The notes under the pieces are model-generated. The model was not told the DNA's origin, searched no databases, and saw only the letters and a list, made by a program, of their open reading frames with translations. Both the position numbers and the translations under genes were made by a program. From Octopus vulgaris (Eukaryota): a DNA stretch of 64,000 nucleotides. Each line of letters opens with the position of its first letter. Position 1 is the stretch's first letter. Below are positions 29,621 to 40,871 of the stretch, piece after piece. Where the stretch lies: the NCBI GenBank assembly GCA_951406725.2, contig OX597815.1, forward strand, positions 82,088,001 to 82,152,000. Reading direction: 5' to 3'.

Positions 29621-29828
29621 AAAAAAGAGTATTTCGTTATTTTCATATGTATATTAATGATGCATAGTACATGATATAACGCTTCCCTAATTTTCAACCA
29701 CCATGACTCTAAAAGTATAAAGTTTAACCTGGAAAATATTTGTAGTGATCTGTCATGGACAACCACATCGACAAAGATATCGGGGATTACCCAAACCTCG
29801 TTTCTAGTGGAACGAGGGCTCACTCTCA

Positions 29829-32318
29829 GGATCTTTTCAATTGTGTGGTCAGGAGCCCAGATCTTTCTACTTAACTAAATAATTTGAAACTTCGTATGCT
29901 GGTACAGTGTTTCAAAACAAGACACAGATTGGAACTAGTTTATTTGAGAAAAATCTATTTTATGACTTTAAACGTAGATTAAAACTGCGAATTTTAACCA
30001 ATGAGATTGCTTGTTTTCATATTTAATACGTTACTGCATTCTGTTAGTGTGACGTAGAAAGCAGTTTTGTGACATACACCGAGTAAAAAATTTCATCGTT
30101 ATTGTTTTCTTTACATGTTAATATAAAGCGTTACGCATATCAGAAAAAAAAAATGTGTGTAATAGGTGTAAAACAACTTCCTATGAACGAATATGAAAAA
30201 AAAATTCGCGCACGCGAAAGGGGGTGGGGGAGAGGCCTCGGAAAATTCACATCGGGAAGTTCCGAAAGCGTCTGAGGGGCTTACCCGGGCACCAAAACAA
30301 AAAATAAATAGTGTAATATGTGTAAAACAACTTGCTCTAAACGAATAGGACAAAAAAAATGCGCTCTCGCGAAAGAGGGGTGGGGGAGAGGCCTCGGAAA
30401 ATTTATATCGGGAATTTCCGAAAGCGTCTGAACCGGGCACAAAAACAAAAACAAAAACAGCGTAATAGGTGTAAAACAACTTGCTCTAAACGACTATGAT
30501 GAAAAAAATGCGCGCTCGCGAAAGGGGGTGGGGAAGAGGCTTCGGAAATTTCCCATCTTCAGTCCACGGCCTTTAAACTAAGAAAAAATAGTGTAATTGG
30601 TGTAAAACTACTTGTTCTAAACGAGTATCAAGAACACACACTCACACATGAATCATGAACTCCGTATGTTTGTACATATTTCGCAAAAAAAAAAATAAAT
30701 AAATAAAGAGAAGAAATTCTGGAAAAAGTGAAGAAATGTTGGATCTCCGCCATGTGAATCAAAATACGTGTCAGAAACATCTTGAAATACTACAGAAATT
30801 ATGTTACGAAAATGATAATGTATACATACCTCTTTGAGTGGTCCATCGACAATGATGATAAAGAAATGAGTTGGATTTGAACTCAGAATATTGACTAACA
30901 CAACTACATACTACAAGACTCAAAATATTCAGCCAAGTCACCACCCTTTAACTAGCAATAATAATAACATCAATAACATAACAGCCAAAAGATTTATTTG
31001 TTCTGAAAATAACAATCATAGTAAATAAATATGTTCTTTAATATTCACATTCATGTGCACAGTTAAACACACTTACATACAAACAGTCACGCATGCATAA
31101 TACAGAACGGAACACATAAATGAAGGATGCATTACTTAGTATATATTACATCTAGAGAATTTTGATTAATAAGTCAAATATGCAAATTATAAAGATAATT
31201 AATTGCTTTACTAAACAGTGTTGTAAAGGTGAAAAAATAAATTTGGAAAAAAAATACACGCCAAAACTAATTAATAAAGGATTGACACAAAATAATAATT
31301 TTTTCTGTCTCTTTTTTTCTGATAAATGCATCTTAATAAGTGAGAAGAATTGCATATATCTGAACTATTTCAAAGAAAAGCATAAATTTAATGTTTAAAA
31401 TAGCTTTAACCAAGGAATGAGATCCAACATTTCTTCACTTTTTCCAGAATTTCTTCTCTTTATTTATTTTTTTTTTTTTGCGAAATATGTACAAAAATAC
31501 GGAGTTTATGATTCATGTGTGAGTGTGTGTTCTTGATACTCGTTTAGAACAAGTAGTTTTACACCAATTACACTATTTTTTCTTAGTTTGAAGGCCGTGG
31601 ACTGAAGATGGGAAATTTCCGAAGCCTCTCCCCCACCTCCCTTTCGCGAGCGCGCATTTTTTTCATTATAGTCGTTTAGAGCAAGTTGTTTTACACCTAT
31701 TACGCTGTTTTTGTTTTTGTTTTTGTGCCCGGTTCAGACGCTTTCGAAAATTCCCGATATAAATTTTCCGAGGCCTCTCCCCCACCCCTCTTTCGCGAGA
31801 GCGCATTTTTTTGTCATATTCGTTTAGAGCAAGTTGTTTTACACATATTACACTATTTATTTTTTGTTTTGGTGCCCGGGTCAGCCCCTCAGACGCTTTC
31901 GGAACTTCCCGATGTGAATTTTCCGAGGCCTCTCCCCCAACCCCCCTTTCGCGTGCGCGAATTTTTTTTTTCATATTCGTTCATAGGAAATTGTTTTACA
32001 CCTATTACACACATTTTTTTTTTGATTTTCTGATATGCGTAACGCTTTATATTAACCCATTTGTTTACATACCATATGTTTACTACGTCACCAAATTGGT
32101 GGTCGAGACGGAGTAAATAATATGAAGCCGAAAGACGGAATACCATTGGTTAAAATTCTAATTATTAAACAATGTTAAACTTAGAAGTTACAATTCCGTT
32201 TTCATTCTGGTTTACAATTAAGTTTACTTTTGACACATTCTACCAGTATACGAAGTTTCAAATTGTTTGGTTCAGTAGGAAAAATTTGGAAAAACTGGCT
32301 TCACAAATGAAAAGATCC
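29829..32318. mobile_element. ~555-bp MITE with GG..CC termini and 8-bp TSD (Merlin-like), interrupted by a foldback element
   Basis: TIR GGATCTTTTCAATTGTG / CACAAATGAAAAGATCC; perfect TSD CACTCTCA at 29821-29828 and 32319-32326; imperfect inverted symmetry extends ~220 bp. Confidence 0.85.
30122..32051. mobile_element. Young foldback-type element: ~630-bp near-identical TIRs built of ~150-bp subrepeats, TTAA-flanked
   Basis: 30122-30747 is the near-perfect reverse complement of 31419-32051; TTAA at 30118-30121 and 32052-32055; 3.5 copies per arm of a unit with GTGTAAAACAACTT and CGCGAAAG.GGGTGGGG; AT-rich non-coding 670-bp centre. Confidence 0.92.
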
Positions 32319-32904
32319 CACTCTCAGACTAATTTTTAAGGACTCCACGTCACAACACCACCATTTGAGCTATCAGGGTCTCAAGCTAGATTTCTTTGCA
32401 AGGGCATGAAAATCCTGTGACCCTTGATGGATTTTGCCCAACTGTTTCTGGTGTTAAAGCACCCCCTCCATAACATTTTAAGCTTCAGGGCCCCAATATT
32501 GTAGATCAGCCACTGGATATGATTATCTTAAAAATTATTCAGACCCATAAATTAACCTGTAATTAATTAATAATAACTTCTCTGTAATTAACTGAATTAA
32601 GCGTAAAGATGATAAATAAAGACTTAGAGTCTAGCTGTGTTGTGGGGCGCGCGTGTGTAGTAAAATAAGGATTCAGATAAAATCAGGTACTTGATAAGAT
32701 ATGCACCAGGTAGAGTTGGATAAGCCTGTGGTTCCGGCCTATGATTGGTAAGTATCAAATAGGATATTCCCGTTGTGAGCACAAAGAAAACTAGCCCTAT
32801 GAGTATTTAGCATTTAGGGCCTGGTCCAAATCACGCGTTACTTTCAATAGTATATTGTTGGTATACTCTAGGGTGTCCGACAAGTTGTAGATTCCCTTGG
32901 TGTA

Positions 32905-33464
32905 TTATAATCAAGTGAGTAATAGCATACGATGGATAATTGTCAGCTCATTACAGCTGCTTCTTACGTATCATTTTTAATAAGAGAATGAGTCATTATT
33001 CCATTACAAAAAACCGTAATCATCAGATGAAACGTAATTTAACAAAAAAAAAGAACATCCCAAGAGCACAGCAGAGATGTAGCTGAAGTCTGTCGAAACT
33101 ATGAAATGGGAAAATGACCAACAAATTTATGTCAAATAGGTGATATTTTATTATAGTGTCACCTACACCCTACTCCAGTCTACCTAAAAACCAGTCTACC
33201 AGACTCCTATCTCACCCGAGCAGCTGACCTTAGATATCATATTACACGCTTTCAAGATCTATATTCTTAACTTTAACGGCCAACTTTGGTGGTGATTCTC
33301 CCATTTCATAGTTGGCATCGACAAACTTCAGCCACATCCCTGCTGTACTCTTTAGATATTCTTTCATTTGTAAAATTACATTTCATCTGATGATTACGGT
33401 TTTTGTAATGGAGTAATGGTCTCATGCTTCTATTAAAAATGATACGTATGTTATTATTCATTTG

Positions 33465-33470
<6 letters not shown>
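32905..33470. repeat. Diverged inverted duplication ending at a (TA)n tract
   Basis: ~32905-33126 vs ~33284-33470 (CCATTACAAAAAACCGTAATCATCAGATGAAA / TTTCATCTGATGATTACGGTTTTTGTAATGG). Confidence 0.8.
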
Positions 33471-33523
<53 letters not shown>

Positions 33524-33605
33524 AAATTTAGGGTAAAAATTGATATTTATCAATTAGAACCAGTGGTCTAGCATATTAAAGAAAGAATCCGAAGATTAAA
33601 ATATT

Positions 33606-33835
33606 TATATATACCAATTAAGGACTGAACACGAAAAGTGGACAGTCAACATGCTAGATATAGACGTCAAATCGCCATTCTCCACAAAAAGTCTATGTTC
33701 TCAGATCAAACTCAACACAAAACCAAAGCAATAAAAAAGTGAAAAATATACGAAATAAATATTTTGTGGAGAATGGCGATTTGACGTCTATATCTAGCAT
33801 GTTGACTGTCCACTTTTCGTGTTCAGTCCTTAATT

Positions 33836-33845
<10 letters not shown>
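33606..33845. repeat. Perfect 84-bp inverted repeat with 72-bp spacer, inside an insert bounded by (TA)n
   Basis: 33606-33689 is the exact reverse complement of 33762-33845. Confidence 0.95.
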
Positions 33846-33920
<75 letters not shown>

Positions 33921-36263
33921 ATATATATATGTGTATGTATAATGTATACACACGCGCGCACACATATCTATGTACATACATATGCATGCACACACGTGTG
34001 TGTTTGTGTGTGCGTGTGTGCGTGTGCGCGTGTGAGTACGTGTGCGTATGTTTGACACACCCTGGAGGAAGGTCAATTATATAGAACAATCATGGGCAAT
34101 TTTTTTCGAGAAATGGGCCACATGACACAGCACATCATCAGGTAGGCCGCACAACTGAAGATTTAACGCTAATTTTTCATTAAGCGTATTATTCAGAAGG
34201 ACCCGCTGGCTGCGAGTTGCCCGTGAGTGGTATACATCAAGTTTATAGTCTATTAATTTCCTGCCATGTGAACGAACATTTGCACGAAAGGCTAAGGAAG
34301 ACGTTACTAATGTATTTAAAAATTTTAACTGAAGAATTAAATTTGATATCGATGTAATTAATCGTTTTGATTTTAGACTTGAATGCAGCTAAGCATTCTA
34401 CTTTTAGAGTGTCAATTAAACAACTGCTATCTATTATTTCCCATACTCTTGGAGAATTTTGTCAATACCATAAGCCATCACAAACGGGGTTGATTTCGTT
34501 ACGTCTTGTATAAAAATATGTAAGCATGATAAAATTTGGAATAAACTTCTATTTAATTTGGGTGCGGTATCTAATAGAGTAACAATCTTTCTAGTCCATT
34601 AAAGAAATATTTTCATTGAGTCGTAAGTGCCATAAGATTTTCAACAAGAATTTTGAATGAGTCTGTTACAGTTGAATTAATAAGCTCAACAATTTAATCA
34701 CGAGTAACGAATTAAGAGATCATGGTTAGTTACGTCCTTCAAAGATTAAATGATAATAAAATTGAGATGACTATAACTCATATCCAATCAATCGCAAATG
34801 TTTTAAGGACAAACTGAGATCAGCTGGCTTCCATGAAATTATCCATTTAGGTTTAAACTGGACTTTTCCGTAAGAGTAGGTTTGTAAAAATACACATCCT
34901 TTAAGAACACAGTGTAAAATTGAAAGTTGTTAATACGACGAACTTTCAGATACTGTGGTCTGTGCTCGATTTTGCTAAACTATATTTCGATGGCTGTATA
35001 TAGTGTAACTCTTGCACTTCTGAGAACATTTTTATATTCAAGTTTCTTTTCAATTTATTAAATTCGAGAAATGAACTCATTTCAAAACGTCATTCAAAAA
35101 TGTAGCAGCTATGGAATATTATTCTACCTAACAGGTTGAATATATTGTTCCTCCATTAGCGGAATGTCTTTTAAATAATTCGGAAGTTTTTCGAAGTTCT
35201 TTGAAGTGCTTTGGATATACTTTAAATATTTGAATTATCCTCCCTAACTCATTTGTGTCAAAGACTTTCTGTTAGCCAAGTGTTGTCGAAGGCATATCGT
35301 CTATAATTTTGTAAAATTCATATTAAACTGGAATCTTCTTTTCTCAAAATTGAGAAAAAAAAAGGAGTTAAATTTCTTTTTCTTAATTTCACTTTGTATT
35401 TTCATTTTATTTTTATTATATTATCTAAATACTGATCCACTTTTCCTTTTGCACTGTCTTCACATTCATCTATTTCTCGATTCTCTTTCTCTTTTTTCTC
35501 TCCTTCTTTTCTTCGCATATTGTATCTCTTTTTTCGTTTCTTCTATTCAAACTTCTGTATATGAAGGCATCAGTTTATTCTCTCTACCTTGAATACTTAC
35601 ATAATTTTGCATTCTTACTTTTCCCAACAACTTTTATATATTTACTTGCCATGTATTCTCTTCTTTCTTTTGATACCTTATTTTTCCGTCCACTCACAAA
35701 AATATACCCTGTTCCTGTATAATGCATGGAAACTACAAAATGTTACATAGGCAAACATATATCACTCACCTCATATTTACTCTTATTTCTCTGTTTTATC
35801 TATTCTTTTTCTTTCGTTCCCTTTGCATTTATGCTTTCAATATTGTTCTTTTAAATTCTCCCGTTTTCACTTTTCAATGTTATCTTATTCTTTTACGTGT
35901 TACTCCTTGTCCTGCTACGCCATTCCATTTCAACGCATAGATGTAAAATTTCTTTTTGTACTTATTATTCACTACGATACATACATACATGCATACATAC
36001 ATACATACATGCATACATACATACATACATGCATACATACATACATACATACATACATACATACATACATACATACATACATACATACATGCATGCATAC
36101 ATACATACATACATAAATACATGCATACATACATACATACATGCATGCATACATACATACATACATAAATACATACATACATACATGCATACATACATAC
36201 ATACAAACATACATACATACATGCATACATGCATACATACATACATACATACAAACATACTAA

Positions 36264-36335
36264 TCCTCGGTAGTATAGTGGTAAGTATCCCCGCCTGTCA
36301 CGCGGGAGATCGGGGTTCGATTCCCCGCCGGGGAG
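36264..36335 (+). tRNA. trnD-GTC: tRNA-Asp(GTC) gene or retroposed tRNA-Asp head
   Basis: TCCTCGGTAGTATAGTGGTAAGTATCCCCGCCTGTCACGCGGGAGATCGGGGTTCGATTCCCCGCCGGGGAG, 72 nt, full cloverleaf, GTC anticodon; TTTTT at 36343-36347; followed by a SINE-type tail. Confidence 0.9.
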
Positions 36336-36525
36336 GCTCATATTTTTAAATGGCGGTGCCCCAGCATGGCCACAGCTCATGAGCTGAAACTAGAATCAAT
36401 CAATCATACATACATAATACATACATACATACATAAATACATACATACATACATGCATACATACATACATAAATACATACATACATACATACATACATAC
36501 ATACATACATACATACATACATACA

Positions 36526-36555
<30 letters not shown>

Positions 36556-36556
<1 letters not shown>

Positions 36557-37782
36557 TGGGTCATCCCATAAATAATGCTTGTTTTCAATTGCATGAACTA
36601 AAAGTTGGAGGGGTATAAACTACCTGCATCAACTTGCTATAAAAACAGGTAGTAATATTACCTTGTCCTTATTCTTAGAGCAAGTTTGAAGAACAGATCG
36701 ATTTTAAAAGTTATATTTTCAAAGTTATAATGGAAGTGACAAAGGAGCATATTCGGCATATTTTACTTTACGAGTTCAATAAAGGCAATAACGCAACAGA
36801 AAGTGCGAGGAATATTAATGCAGTATATGGGGGATCGGATATTAAGCGTAAGCCGGTGTCAACTACAGCTTAGAAGACGAGCCTCATCCGGGAAGATCTG
36901 TAGGGCTCGACGAGGACGTCCTGTAAATCCTCGTGGAACAAGATCCCATCGTAACTGTTGAGTAACTAGCAGAGACGTAGGATTTGGTCATTCAACCATT
37001 CATCGACACCTGTGTGCCATCGGAAAAGTCAGAAAATTGGGTCAATGGTTCCTCACAAACTTTCCGAGTCTAATCGCGCAGAGAGAGTGAATGTGTGCTC
37101 TTCTTTGCTGTCACGTCTCACGAATGAACCTTTTGTGGATCGAATAGTGGCTGGTGACGAGAAATGGGTTCTCTATAAAAATGTCAAGCACCGAAGACAG
37201 TGGGTAGGGAAAGGAGAAACCCCAGTACCCTAGGTTAAAGAACGTCTGTACCCGCGTAAGGTGTTGTTACTTGTTTGGTGGGATATGAAATGTTTAGTCC
37301 ACCTTGAACTTTAAAGCCCAAAGCAAGCGATAACAAAGGAGATCTACTGCAGGCAGCTTGAGCAGCTTAAGTCAGCGCTAGAAGTAAGACGACCATCTTT
37401 GATTTGAAGACGAAAGGTGCTTTTCTATCAAGATAATGCTCGGCCACATACAGCGAAGACGACATTCCAAAAGCTGGAGTAGTTTGAATGGGAAACGATG
37501 CCCCACAGACCATATTCGCTGAACATTGCCCATCTGACTATCATTTATTCCTTTGGATGGAATAAGATATATGAATTCTGTAGGCGAGGTCAGAACAATA
37601 CTAGAAGAGAATTTTTCATCACGAACAAGTGAATTTTGGAAGAGGGGCCTTGCATGTCTACAAGAGAGATGGAAGAACATTGTAGAAAATGAAGGAGAGT
37701 ATATTTCAGATTAAAAAGAACTTTGTTCATGTTAATTTTGAAAAATAAAAGTATAAAAAAAAGCCATTATTTATGGGATGAC

Positions 37783-37786
<4 letters not shown>
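36556..37786 (+). mobile_element. Near full-length mariner (DD34D), transposase pseudogene 36730-37714
   Basis: TIRs TTGGGTCATCCCATAAATAATG / CATTATTTATGGGATGACCCAA with TA TSD; MEVTKEHIRHILLYEFNKG, VPHKL, IVAGDEKWVLY, QDNARPHTA, PYSLNIAPSDYHLF; stops present. Confidence 0.95.
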
Positions 37787-37844
<58 letters not shown>

Positions 37845-37913
37845 GGTCCCGGGTTGATTCGGGGTTAACCACAGTAAGTAAGGTACTCAATACATAGCAG
37901 AGTAAAATTAATT

Positions 37914-38027
37914 TATTATATAGAAGGAGCTTCTACAGGACTAGTACTGTTTCATTCAAGAGAAATCTTCAGGAAGCCTGAAGATTTCTCTTGAATGAAA
38001 CAGTACTAGTCCTGTAGAAGCTCCTTC

Positions 38028-38036
<9 letters not shown>
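37914..38036. repeat. Perfect 60-bp palindrome with 3-nt loop containing hammerhead core boxes
   Basis: 37914-37973 / 37977-38036 exact reverse complements, loop AAG; right arm reads CTGAAGA-TTTC(TCTT)GAAT-GAAA-CAGTACTAG-TC; insert lies between (TA)n tracts. Confidence 0.93.
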
Positions 38037-38096
<60 letters not shown>

Positions 38097-38186
38097 ATCC
38101 AAACAAGAAAGCACAAACAATCACAACGCGAGGACGTGGAACAAATATAGTATTATTGGACGCCCAGGAAAGAAGGAAAGAAGGTG

Positions 38187-38222
38187 GTTTTAACGTTTCG
38201 AGCGGAGCTCTTCGTCAGAAAC
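38187..38222 (-). ncRNA. Minimal type I hammerhead motif in PLE-type terminal repeat (38092-38295); truncated relative at 16750-16845
   Basis: Minus strand GTTT-CTGACGA-A-GAGC(TCC)GCTC-GAAA-CG-TT-AAAAC with palindromic AACGTT stem III. Confidence 0.75.
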
Positions 38223-38457
38223 ATAGGAAAAGGAAAGATCCAAAGAAGGGAAGACGGAGGAAAAAAAATCGCCAACGGTACCCACGCGGTCACTATATAT
38301 ACATATATATCATAAATGAAAAAATGTATGGTAAATAAACAAACGACATACCGTATACTGAGTGTACGACCGGACGAGAGACAAACACTCACACATACAT
38401 ACATACATAATACATATATATATATATATAAACGCACAATGAGAAAGAGAAAGAGTG

Positions 38458-38504
<47 letters not shown>

Positions 38505-39219
38505 GTACACACATAATTATGTACAGACAGACGCACGTGAATCCCAGCATGTGTTTGTAAAGCAAATTAATTCCACAGGTGAAGTTTGTACTATTGTAGG
38601 AAGAACGTTGTTATCTTTAAAATAGATAAATTACTGCTTGTTGCAAAGACACTGGAACAATGGGGTGTCTTGTAAACATGGCGTACGTTTTCGACACCCA
38701 AACACTCACGCACACATGAACACGTAGAACGCATGCAACCACACACGCACTCACACACACACATTCTCACATCACAGACAAACAGACTGACACACACACA
38801 AACGTATATGTGATGTACATATGTATGTGTTATGTATGATATATGTATCATACACGCATTTCTGTATGTATGTATATATATATAATAAATTAATAAATAA
38901 AACATGCATATATACATACATATATGTACGTACCTACCTCTACATGTATATATACATGCATATATGGGTACAGGACACCAAACAAATGTCGAACACAATG
39001 AGAAACGAAAACATAAACACAAAACCAAGGAAATGGACATTTTTCTTAAACAACAAAATAAATAGACTACAGGACAAATAACACAAGGAAAATTCCCCTT
39101 CTTCAGTCGCCATGGTTTCATCTACTCTGCATTTCGAAGGTGAAGGCGATACGCATCTTCGATAGAAACTTTCCTTCCCGCGAAAAGCAAATTAAATAAA
39201 ATTTGAGATCTTTTTGCGG

Positions 39220-39294
<75 letters not shown>

Positions 39295-39413
39295 AATCAA
39301 GGAATGGCCATAATAGGCCATTCACCCACTAGAAATAACAGCCAAAGCTTCAACCGCAAAATAACATCAATTCCGCAAACCAGGAGAAAATTAAAAAAAC
39401 ATTTACCCTGTAA

Positions 39414-39518
39414 TTTCTTATACGATGCACCGTTTCATCTATTGTTTAATGGTAAACTAACCTGATTAAATTAAATCAAGCCAATCTTCCATAGGCCGAT
39501 AGATTCATCAGTAAGAAA
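39414..39518 (-). ncRNA. Type I hammerhead ribozyme (left-arm copy)
   Basis: Exact reverse complement of 40038-40142. Confidence 0.88.
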
Positions 39519-40037
39519 CAGCCAAGATCCGAGCAGATATTATCACGAGGCATCTCTATCCCTGCCTCGGCAATATCTGACCTAAAATTTTCAAATCATC
39601 GCACTCGCGCCAAATTTATCGGCAGCAAATATAAGCCGCCGATTCCATTACGGAATTAACCAGAAAATTCATAATTAATCAATATAGGGTGGCAAAAAAT
39701 TTCGTAGAATTTATTTGCCACCAGCGGCCTAGTGGGAAAAAATTAAATAGTCATAGACCATTTATAAGTTCAACATCACAATCAAGGAATGGCCATAATA
39801 GGCCATTCACCCACTAGAAATAACAGGCCGCTGGTGGCAAATAAATTCTACGAAATTTTTTGCCACCCTATATTGATTAATTATGAATTTTCTGGTTAAT
39901 TCCGTAATGGAATCGGCGGCTTATATTTGCTGCCGATAAATTTGGCGCGAGTGCGATGATTTGAAAATTTTTAGGTCAGATATTGCCGAGGCAGGGATAG
40001 AGATGCCTCGTGATAATATCTGCTCGGATCTTGGCTG

Positions 40038-40142
40038 TTTCTTACTGATGAATCTATCGGCCTATGGAAGATTGGCTTGATTTAATTTAATCAGGTTAGT
40101 TTACCATTAAACAATAGATGAAACGGTGCATCGTATAAGAAA
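40038..40142 (+). ncRNA. Type I hammerhead ribozyme with long stem II; predicted cleavage GUA| after 40135
   Basis: TTTCTTA-CTGATGA-ATCTAT...ATAGAT-GAAA-CGGTGCATCG-TA-TAAGAAA: 7-bp stem I, intact core, 68-nt stem II hairpin, quasi-palindromic stem III. Confidence 0.9.
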
Positions 40143-40362
40143 TTACAGGGTAAATGTTTTTTTAATTTTCTCCTGGTTTGCGGAATTGATGTTATTTTGC
40201 GGTTGAAGCTTTGGCTGTTATTTCTAGTGGGTGAATGGCCTATTATGGCCATTCCTTGATTGTGATGTTGAACTTATAAATGGTCTATGACTATTTAATT
40301 TTTTCCCACTAGGCCGCTGGTGGCAAATAAATTCTAAGAAATTTTTTGCCACCCTATATTGA

Positions 40363-40409
<47 letters not shown>

Positions 40410-40437
40410 CATATAAATATATATATATATATATATA

Positions 40438-40524
<87 letters not shown>

Positions 40525-40567
40525 ATATATATATATATGTATGTATATATATATATATATATGTATG

Positions 40568-40632
<65 letters not shown>

Positions 40633-40823
40633 TCCCGTATATATATATATATATACTAATTATGATAAAATCATAATTTAATGATTTATCAGTGGCCAGC
40701 ATACTAAAAATACCATAATGATTAATTTATATTAAAATTATAATAAGGGTATTTAATGATTGCAACACCAGTTTGCTAGAAATATACCCCAAATGGTCTA
40801 TTGTGTTTTCATGTTTGGATTAA

Positions 40824-40871
<48 letters not shown>

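Larger units (their letters stand above)
26600..32515 (+). mobile_element. Decayed full-length hAT DNA transposon carrying nested insertions
   Basis: TIRs TAGTGGTGGATCTAC / GTAGATCAGCCACTG; subterminal AGCTTCAGGG motif near both ends; transposase remnant inside; TSD not preserved. Confidence 0.85.
39290..40367. mobile_element. Retrozyme-like element: two inverted, circularly permuted, >1-unit copies of a 485/486-nt non-coding unit, inserted in (TA)n
   Basis: Left arm 39290-39826 repeats its start after 485 nt (TCACAATCAAGG at 39291 and 39776); right arm 39825-40367 repeats after 486 nt (AGGCCGCTGG at 39825 and 40311); arms are reverse complements differing by about one substitution and one indel. 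Confidence 0.9.

Noticed and set aside
30160-30620. Regularly spaced repeats as a possible CRISPR array
   Set aside because: Whole ~150-bp units repeat with no unique spacers, they are mirrored in the opposite TIR, and the context is eukaryotic with no cas genes.
33383-33426. CTGATGA-TTAC...GTAA motif in the older inverted repeat
   Set aside because: The GAAA box is absent in both arms (GGAG/GGAA); at best a decayed ribozyme.
39290-39826. Second, opposite-polarity ribozyme in the 485-nt unit (as in ambisense viroid-like RNAs)
   Set aside because: No CUGANGA core found by eye in the antisense polarity; other ribozyme classes were not excluded and need a covariance search.
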